Source: Eledone cirrhosa (taxonomy: Eukaryota). From it: 64,000 bases of DNA. Positions 54,525 through 64,000 of this stretch are shown one piece after another. The stretch is from assembly GCA_964016885.1 (NCBI GenBank), contig OZ024746.1, positions 28,086,001 through 28,150,000 of the forward strand, given 5' to 3'. The position numbers and the translations under genes were made by a program. Within the stretch, counting starts at the first letter, position 1. Every line of letters begins with the position of its first letter. The notes beneath the pieces were generated by a model, which was not told the DNA's origin, searched no databases, and was given only the letters and a program-made list of their open reading frames with translations.

Positions 54525-55148
54525 TCTATATATATAAAAGCAAGTCGGTCTGTGTGTGTGTGTGTCTGTCTGTCTGTGTACAAATACTAGGCTCCTTTTA
54601 ACTTTTGAAATACTAGGACGATTTCAAACAAATTTGGCACACATGTTGCTTATATGCCAGAGCAGGTTTTGGACAAAAACAAATTTGAAAAAAAATCGAT
54701 ATTGGGGCCGAAAACATCGATGTTGTGTGTGTATCTCTCTGTGTACAAATACTAGGCTCCTTTTAACTTTTGAAGTACTAGGCCGATTTGCTTCAAGGAA
54801 TGATATTTCTATGTCCAGTGGATGGTCAACGTGGTAGTGGCAGCGCCATCTTATGCATAGGGTTTAGTCTACTGAAGGACATACAGTGCGTCTATTCCAT
54901 CTTTATCCCCTTACTCACACCTACTCCAGCAAGGCCGGACCTGAAATCATTCACGTCAATTAACTCAAGCTACCCCATGAATTGTTTTTATGTTGCCATT
55001 TATTTCACTCAATCATGTCACTGTACACCCATTTTGTTAAACTTTTTTTTACAATTACATTTCAATTCTTTGCTCAACCTTTGGCTCTCTTTATACGGAC
55101 AAACAGGCTGTCATTCATTTCCCGAGCAACGCCGGGTACATCTGCTAG
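54525..55148 (+). mobile_element. Non-autonomous Helitron
   Basis: 5' A|TCTATATATATAAAAG start; subterminal hairpin cccg-agcaacgc-cggg (55121-55136); 3' CTAG|T end; internal duplication of tgtgtacaaatactaggctccttttaacttttgaa. Confidence 0.8.
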
Positions 55149-56439
55149 TATATATATATGTGTATGTGTGTGACTGTAAATATATATATATATACATGTG
55201 TCTGTGAATGGCAATTGAAGACCGAGGTGAAGAAGTTCAAAACAAAATAAATTTAAAAAAAGGTTCAATGGAATTTGAGATGAGTTAAGAAGGTCTGAGA
55301 ATTGAATCAGAATGGAATTAGTAATGTGTTGCCAGCATTCCTTGCTCCAAACCAGATACAATGCCAACATTTGAAAGACATGAAGAAGCCTGCAGTTATG
55401 TTGGCACTGACACAAATCACACATATTAAAACAAGTAAAGATTCATTGAATCTCAATTATGTAACATGAAAGAACACTGGTAAATGATATATGTGTGCAT
55501 GTGTCTGTATGTGTGTGTATCTGTGTGTTTGTGTGTGTACGCTTGTGTACATGTACAAGTATATTTGTAATAGCATGTGGCTTAATGGTTAGGGGTATCA
55601 ATTTGATTCCCAGCAGCATGTTGTGTCCTTGAGCAAGACACTATTTCATGTTGTCCAGTTCACTCAGCTGCAAAAATTGAATTGTACTTGTAATGCAAAT
55701 AACTAGTCTTATCACACATTTTGTCACGAGTACACATTTGTGGAAAGCTCAAACACTTCCATGTTAGTTTCACAAGCAGACTATTCAATTGTTTGAACAA
55801 CTGGAACACTGATTGCTGGAAGTGATAGAGATTCAACAACAGCATCAACAATTTATGTATGTGTATGTATCTGTGTGTGTGTGTGTGTGTGTATGTCAAT
55901 CTTCAGAATACAAATCCAGAATATGTTAGAAATATGTTTTTCCATTATGTGAAATATTTTAGGCAGTTGCTCTCACACTCCAGCATCTTTCTTTCTCAGA
56001 TAATCATAAGACTTCCAAAAGCAATACTCCCATGGTATATTTCTGGGGTTGGTGGTTGGTTCTGTGATCTAATGAATTAGCCCAGCATGGTTGAATGGTT
56101 AAGAAGTTTGATCACAATAATGAGGTCCAGAGTTCAATCTTAGCTTGTAGCATCTTCGTCATCTTGGTCAAATGTCATTTACTTCAGCCTTAGGTTGACC
56201 CATGACATCTTGATCGAATGTCATTTACTACATCTTGACTTGGGTTGACCCAAACTTCATGAGTGAAATTATGTAAGCAGCAATTGATTGGATGTCTATT
56301 AGCTGCACTGTAATTGTAATTAGAAGGGAAAGCCTTGTCATACACTGTGTCATGCTGAATCTCCCTGAGAATTACATTAGGGGTACATGTACCAGTGACA
56401 ATGATTCACAATTTTTTTTTTTTTGTAAAATAATAATGG

Positions 56440-56785
56440 AATAAGAAATAAAGGAATTCTGGAAATCTAGTAAAAGTAAAGTATTGTAATAAAAGTACTC
56501 TTGAAATCTCTAGAAAAATAAAGCAGTTTAATAAAAGAATTCTGGAAATCTCTAGAAACAGTAAAGTACTGTAATACAAAACTTAGTAAATCTCTAAAAA
56601 TGGTTAGACATTACAATAACAGTACTCTGAAAATCTTTAGAAACAGTAAAATAGTGTAATAAATGTTCTCTGGGAATTTCTAGAAATGGTTAGGAATTAC
56701 AGTAAAAATACTCTGGAAATCTCTAGAAATGTTAAGGTTAATATAATAAAGAAATTCTGGAAATCTCTAGAAATGGTAAAAATAA
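56440..56785. repeat. Degenerate ~40-bp minisatellite abutting the splice donor
   Basis: Recurring ctctggaaatctctagaaa...gtaata. Confidence 0.7.
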
Positions 56786-56794
56786 GCTACTCAC

Positions 56795-57291
56795 CTGCAT
56801 TTTCTCAAAGTCAAGACATGGTCTCTGAATGACAGAAATGTTCTCCAAATCCAGAGAATCAGAAGATGAGTTTAAACGATGTCGTTTCCTCGGTGAAATG
56901 GCACAGATACTGAGTGGGGGTCCATTTGGTACCAGAAAATTGGCTGATGAGGACCTCATTACTTTCTGGATACCTGATGGTGGAGTGGAGCTGAATAGAA
57001 TAGGTTTCGGATCAAGCATGAACTCCTTCACTTCCTCGTCAGAAGATCCGGCACTATCTGTAAAACAACAGCTATTATTGTTGCTGCCATTGTTGTTGTT
57101 GTTCAAATTATTGTTGCTATTAATATTGTTATTGTTGTTATTGTTAGAGGTGGTGGTGTTGTTGTTGTTGCAGATATTGCTGTTGTTGATTAGAATGCTG
57201 TTGTTATTGTTACTGTTGTGTAGGTTGTTGTTGTGGTTGTGGCAGTGTTGTTGGGAGTTGATGATGTTGCTGCTGTTGTTGTTGTTGCTGC

Positions 57292-57322
<31 letters not shown>

Positions 57323-58872
57323 ATCATTGCTGCCATTGGTACCACTACTGCTACTACGATGCTGTTGATTGTGGTTAATGTTGCTCTGTTGTTGATGATG
57401 CTGTAATATGTTGTGATGATTCTGCTGGTGATGATTGTGATGAAGAGGAGAATGATGTTGCTGATGTTGCTGCTGCTGTTGATGAGGGGGATGAAAGGAA
57501 TGGTATATGTTACACTTTGGATGGTTATTTTCAACAGAGTTACTGCTGTTGTCGCTGTTCATCTGTGACCACGTTCTCTTTTCTGGATGACTGTTTTCCT
57601 GGTTTATACATTCCAGTTCCTCCTCGGAGCTATGCTGGTCAACAACAGACAGTGGTGTAGTGGTTGTGGCTGTAGTGGTTGCTGTCGCCATCAATACAGG
57701 ACTAGGAGATTGAAGAGACACAGCTAAGCTCTGGTCCACTTCCTCTGGTGGTCTCGTTGTCAAAACTGTATCAACATTCCCTTGCTCCTCTCTCAAAGAT
57801 GTGATGAGCTCATTAGGTTTGTCAATACCGATTGGTTCTGGACTAATTATGTCTCCGTTGGTGACAGTAGCGATGTTAATATTAGAGTCAGGGACAACTG
57901 TAGGTATTGAAACCATATTAGACAGGTTCATGGCAGTTTCTTCACAGTTGACGGAGTTATTCAAACAGCTGCTCATAATGACTTCTTGATTTAAAGGTGA
58001 ATCAATTGCTTCAGAAGCATTATCGGGTGACACATGGTACTCCTGGTCTAATTGTTGGGCTGCTTCTGGCCTGGGTCCTTCTTTATTCTGTTCTTGTTGT
58101 TGTTGTGATGCTGGTCTTGATAATATATGTTGTTGTTCTTCAGAATTAAACAACGAAGATGGTGAGATGGAAAGTTGTGTATCTTTGTGTAAGGATATTG
58201 GATGTGTTATTGAAGGAGGAAGGACTGCCTGTTGGTTTGACGTTGGCTGAGGTGAAACAGCTGATGCTGCTGGTACTAGTGGCGGTAGTGGTACTACTGC
58301 TACTACTTCCACTGAAGAGGAGGAGGAGGTGGAGGAGGAAACTGCAGTTGGAATTACTATTTTGTTTTCTGATAACACATCTGTATGTTTCTGTTCACAC
58401 TCATACTGCTGCTGCTGTTGTTGAGAATGATGATGATTATGATGGTGAGAATGTAGCTGCAGCTTGGCCTGTTCTTCTACTTCCTGTTGTTGTTGCTCTT
58501 GTTGATAATCCTTTTGGCACTCATCTTCTGACAATTGCAACTCCTCCATTTTTACATCTTCCTCTGTGCTTAATGGTCTCTCCATAGTTGCTGTGTAATC
58601 TGACTGCTGCTCTTGCTGCTGCAACTGATGCTGTTGTTGTTGTTGTTGTAGTTGTGCTTGTTGTTGCTGCTGCTGTTGCAACAATTGTTGTTCTGGCAAA
58701 TTCTGTTGTTGATGTTGAAAATAGCTGTTATTGCAAGGTGGGAGTGACTGTGTTGTTGTTGTTGTTGTTGTTGTAGGTTGCTGTTGTGTGTTATGTAACT
58801 GTGGGTTAAATCTGCCATCATAGTTTCTGGCCCCTAAAACTTTCTCTTCTCGTTCGCCATCAATGGTTTCAG
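56795..58872 (-). CDS. Large internal exon of a Q/N/S/H-rich, probably disordered protein with a FAM53-like C-terminal motif
   Basis: Part of the 733-aa ORF. Acceptor TTAATTTTACAG| (phase 1) and donor ATGCAG|GTGAGT (phase 0). Ends PILFSSTPP...SPRKRHR...RPCLDFEKMQ. The exon is well supported; the family assignment is tentative. Confidence 0.85.
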
Positions 58873-59794
58873 CTGTAAAATTAATTGAAAAATATATAAA
58901 TACAAAAATAAATATGAAGAGAATGAATTTTATAATCAAAACAAATCAGTAATAACTGACAACAATTGTTAATAATTGAATGGTGTAAATGTAGAATAGA
59001 AAGATGACATCTCTAGTGCTGGTGTCACCATAACTTGTCTTGTAATGGTGCCATGATAAAATGCACCCAGTACACTCTGTAATGAAGACAACATAAGGTA
59101 ATGAGGACTGTTCATTTTGTTAAGGACCTGACAAAATCACAAATGCTGTTACAACGATAAAATACACCCAGTTTGCTCTGTAAAGTGCCAGTTCTATCAT
59201 TACCATTTGTTAAGGACATGACAAAATCACAAATGCTGGTACAACGATAAAATACACCCAGTATGCTCTGTAACATTCTATCATCACTATTTTATGCATG
59301 GTTTCCTGCTGGTATCTACTTTGAAATGTGCCATCCTGTGTCTATATTTAGAAATCCTTATCAAGAGAAAGGCAGGAAAATGGTGAAACTACTTGTTTGC
59401 AGCACTTCAACTTGTAAAGACATGTGTAAACCTTGGAAAAATTAGGAAGTGTTACTTATAAAAAATACCACCACTTCTACTGTTGCCACCACCACCACCA
59501 CCACCACCACCACCACAGCTGTTCTCATTGCTTCAGTAAATATATAACACAAGCAATTCCTGGAGGATAAAAAGAGGGAAGAGGGGAAATAGGGAGGGGG
59601 AGAAGAGGGGAAGTGGGGATGGGGAGGAGGGAAAGAGAGTAGGTGTGGAAGGGGCACAAAAATTAGGATGGAAAAACAAGAACTGTCTTAAAAATAAAAC
59701 AAACTAAAAACAATAAATGTAACATTAAATATCCAACAGGAAAATCTCATAATAGTGGTGTGGGAGTAGGGTGATGTAGGGGGGTAAACCAATA

Positions 59795-60190
59795 CTAATG
59801 GTTTCTGATTTTTACACAAGGCCAGTAATTTGAAGGGAAAGGGAAAGTCGTTTAAATCAACCCCAGTATGCTACTGGTACTTTATTTTATTGACCCAGGT
59901 AGGAGGAACCTCAAGAAAATTTGAATTCAGAACATAAAAAGCTGCACCTCTATGCAGTAAAGCATGTTGTCTGATGCTCTACTGATACTGCCAATCTATC
60001 AATGATAATAATAATTGTTTCTACTTTTGGTACAAGGCCAGCAATTATGTCAGTGCATTACTGGTACTTTATTTTATTGACCACGTAAGGATGAGAGTCA
60101 AAGTTAACTTCGGCGGGTTTGAACTCAGACTATAAAGAGATGTAACTCTATGCAGGAAAGAATGGTGTCCAACCCTCTACCGATACTGCC
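59795..60190 (-). mobile_element. Two tandem SINE family A copies
   Basis: 59795-60000 (diverged) and 60010-60190. Confidence 0.75.
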
Positions 60191-60219
60191 ATAATATAAT
60201 AATTCTATCTACATTTGTC

Positions 60220-60790
60220 AGAGAAGAAAGGAGCTGATCATCAGATCAGACCTAAGAAACAATGTTTTCATAGGCCATTCCATTGCTAATACAGTGGATG
60301 AGGTGCACCTCCTGACAGAAGAAAGGAGCTTATCATCAGATCAGACCTAAGAAACAATGTTTTCATAGGCCATTCCATTGCTGATACAGTGGATGAGGTG
60401 CACCTCCTGACAGAAGAAAGGAGCTTATCATCAGATCAGACCTAAGAAACAATGTTTTCATAGGCCATTCCATTGCTAATACAGTGGATGAGGTGCACCT
60501 CCTGACAGAAGAAAAGAGATGATCATCAGATGAGACCTAAGAAACAATGTTTTCATAGGCCATTCCATTGCTAATACAGTGGATGAGGTGCACCTCCTGA
60601 CAGAAGAAAAGAGATGATCATCAGATGAGACCTAAGAAACAATGTTTTCATAGGCCATTCCATTGCTGATACAGTGGATGAGGTGCACCTCCTGACAGAA
60701 GAAAAGAGATGATCATCAGATCAGACCAAGGAAATTTTGTTTCCATTAATCTTATCATTACTGATACTGAGGGTCAGTCACAACTCATGA
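60220..60790. repeat. 95-bp satellite
   Basis: gacagaagaaa..ag.t.atcatcagat.agacctaagaaacaatgttttcataggccattccattgct.atacagtggatgaggtgcacctcct, period 95 (60314, 60409, 60504...), ~6 copies. Confidence 0.95.
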
Positions 60791-61627
60791 CAGAAGGAGG
60801 TGGTCAGATTAAAACACAGAGTCTCTTAATCTGAAACAGATGCTGACTCCTTAACAGTTCCACCAATCCAACATCCCTGGACTGGTATTCTCTTCTCTGA
60901 ACAGTAAAAGAAAAACAATAATAAATGCTGTGTGTGTGAAATGAGGAATATTTGACTATTTCTAGGAAGGGAAGAGACAACAGAAAGACTTCCTATTTAG
61001 CTCTAATACGAAACAAAGAAAGAGTGTGTATGTGGAATATTTCATTACAATATAGTTTCACAATTGTCTACTTGTAACTCTGAACAATTGATGATTACAC
61101 AAGCCTTTCTTAGCATCATCATCACCAGCAGAGTCACTACCACGATAGTCATGATCAGTCAGCATCATAACTCAGAACAATTTGTGGTTACACAAGCATT
61201 TCTTACCATCATCATTACCATTATAGTCATCATTGTCATCACTCTCACCATTATCAACATAGCCATTAACACCATTCCACTTATTTTATTCCCATTCAGA
61301 TATATACACAATATCAATATCTATATATAGATAAGATTTCCTACTAATATTCTGTGAAATCTGAAATCTGTGGCCATTTACAACTAGATTCTCAGCTAGA
61401 GGGAGTTAAAGTGTTGTAAAAGTGATTGTATATTAGTGAATGAATGTTAGATTATTAACTAGAGATGGCACAAGCTTTTCAACAGTAATATATGTGGGCT
61501 GGTGGAGGAGTGCAGCCTCCAACTATATACAACTGTATGCATATATATATATACAATATATATCTATCTATATATATATATACACACACATATATATATA
61601 TACATGTGTATATATGTGTGCATATAT

Positions 61628-61827
61628 GTAGGAGGTGAGTTTTATTGTAGTGCAATAAAGCAATGCAGATATCGGATAAGAAGCACTCTACAGTTTGTAG
61701 GACTGGAGTATACATAATATATAAGAACAAAAGATGGTTATTATTGCATGATGATATTTGTTTTTGAAATGCGCATAATAAAATACATGGAACTCTTTTA
61801 ACCATCTTTTGTTCTTATATATTATGT
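61628..61827 (+). mobile_element. Second copy of the 36197 element, fold-back form, 3' half of the hammerhead only
   Basis: acataatatataagaacaaaagatggtta (61712-61740) is the reverse complement of 61799-61827. ttgtttttGAAAtgcgcaTAataaaata is retained and CTGATGA is lost. Confidence 0.7.
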
Positions 61828-61852
61828 GTGCATATATATATATATATATTCC

Positions 61853-61884
<32 letters not shown>

Positions 61885-61944
61885 TCCGTCTAACCCATGC
61901 TAGCGTGGAAGAATGGGCGTAAAACGGTGATGATGATGATGATG

Positions 61945-61996
<52 letters not shown>

Positions 61997-63039
61997 ATGT
62001 GTAACAAAAATGTCAATAACAAGAAAAAGTTCTCTTTATATACAAATGGAACTACAATTCATTTATTATAATTTGTACACATGATATTACATCTACAACC
62101 AATGGTTTCATGAGCTAACTTACCCTGTGGAACTACAAACAATGGTTGTTAGTGCTATCTTCAGGTATATATACAATGTGAAGGATGTGTATATTATATG
62201 TTTGAGCATGTGATGTATATGAGAAAAATTATCTTTTATGTGTGTATGTATAGGTAGTTAATATAACTGAATTCAGTTATCCATTCGCTGTCAAAATGGC
62301 AAGAGCTCTTCCCAAGTATTGAGTACAAGCCGAACAATGGTGTTACTAGTCTAAACTAGTAACTCCAAATATATGTATATATATATACACATATATATAT
62401 ATATATATATATATATCCATAAATACCATACTCCCAGTACATGTTGTAAAGTGGATGATGTTAAGAAGAGCATCCAGCTGTAGAAACCTTTCTCCCAATA
62501 CTGGTTGTAAAGTGGTTCACCTTAGGACTGGGTATCCAGCCATAGAAACCATGCTCCCAATACATAGTGTAAAGTGGAGGGTGTTACAAGGGGCATCCTG
62601 CCATAGAAACCAAGTCAAAACGATGGACAAATGCAGGACCTTGTCTCATGACAAGTCTGGTCTCAGCTCGCGACTGCCATCTAACCTATGCAAGCATGGA
62701 AGATGGATGTTAAACGGTCGTGATGATGATAATATAAATATATATAAATATATGTGCATGTGTGTGTGAACAGCTGCATGTGCGTCAATGTGTGTGTATT
62801 AGCCTTTGTTTAAATATTTACGTGTCAGCATATATTTGCATAAGTAAACACTTCTGTATGTTTATGTACACACACATACATGTATGTGTCTTTATGTACA
62901 TATACACATACATGTACTAAAGAGATTTGTACACGTTAACACTAATACCAAGATTACGTGTACATGTAGACTTACAACTAGATATATTGGAAAGGATAGG
63001 AACTACCAAACTCTCTCTCACCCTAATTTAACCTTGACC

Positions 63040-64000
63040 CTCTCTCTATCTTAATCTTGCATCTCTCTCTCTCACTACCTTAATCTTGCATCTCTCTCTT
63101 TCTCACATACATACACTCTCCCTATCTTAATCTTGCCTTTCTCTCTCACACACACATTCCCTATCTTAACCCTGCCTCTCTCTCTCACTCTCTCACACAC
63201 ACTCTCCCTATCTTAATCTTGCCTTTCTCTCTCACACACTCTCCCTATCTTAACCCTGCCTCTCTCTCTCACTCTCACACACACTCTCCCTATCTTAACC
63301 CTGCCTCTCTCTCTCACTCTCTCACACACACTCTCCCTATCTTAACCCTGCCTCTCTCTCTCACTCTCTCACACACACATTCCCTATCTTAACCCTGCCT
63401 CTCTCTCTCACACACACTCTCCCTATCTTAACCCTGCCTCTCTTTCTCACTCTCTCATACACACTCTCCCTATCTTAACCCTGCCTCTCTTTCTCACTCT
63501 CTCATACACACATTCCCTATCTTAACCCTGCCTCTCTCTCTCACTCTCACACACACTCTCCCTATCTTAACCCTGCCTCTCTCTCTCACTCTCTCACACA
63601 CACTCTCCCTATCTTAACCCTGCCTCTCTCTCTCACTCTCTCACACACACATTCCCTATCTTAACCCTGCCTCTCTCTCTCACACACACTCTCCCTATCT
63701 TAACCCTGCCTCTCTTTCTCACTCTCTCATACACACTCTCCCTATCTTAACCCTGCCTCTCTCTCTCACTCTCACACACACTCTCCCTATCTTAACCCTG
63801 CCTCTCTCTCTCACTCTCTCACACACACTCTCCCTATCTTAACCCTGCCTCTCTCTCTCACTCTCACACACACTCTCCCTATCTTAACCCTGCCTCTCTC
63901 TCTCACTCTCTCACACACACTCTCCCTATCTTAACCCTGCCTCTCTCTCTCACTCTCACACACACTCTCCCTATCTTAATCCTGCCTCTCTCTCTCACTC
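63040..64000. repeat. ~40-47-bp pyrimidine-rich minisatellite with variable (CT)n/(CA)n
   Basis: Unit ccctatcttaaccctgcc(tc)n..(ca)n; runs off the window end. Confidence 0.95.

Noticed and set aside
56829-58776. Plus-strand ORFs overlapping the large exon
   Set aside because: Antisense shadows of CAA/CAG/AAC codon runs.
58873-58939. Hydrophobic N-terminus of the 733-aa ORF that looks like a signal peptide
   Set aside because: It is the intron's polypyrimidine tract upstream of the acceptor at 58873.

Overview
AT-rich, microsatellite-saturated eukaryotic DNA. The SINE/RTE repertoire and (TA)n/(CA)n load suggest a coleoid cephalopod, probably Octopus (inference). Almost all short ORFs in the track are microsatellite artefacts. 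One host gene is supported, on the minus strand, with three phase-compatible exons: a 2078-nt Q/N/S/H-rich exon (58872-56795), a 63-nt exon (42130-42068) and a terminal coding exon (20844-20722). Its N-terminal exon(s) were not found; the C-terminal region carries a FAM53-like KRHR...RPCLDFEKMQ motif. The introns and flanks hold a 5'-truncated Penelope-like element (RT C-terminus plus GIY-YIG) between ~670-bp inverted pseudo-LTRs, several RTE LINE fragments (one with a PHD-like Cys/His insert), a CR1/L2-type fragment, a deleted mariner, a non-autonomous Helitron, two tRNA-derived SINE families and many minisatellites. The most notable hidden signal is a set of hammerhead-ribozyme motifs, including an intact minimal type I hammerhead at 36319-36389. 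They sit in small fold-back, Penelope-derived elements inserted in (TA)n tracts. Repeat boundaries are read by eye and are approximate.
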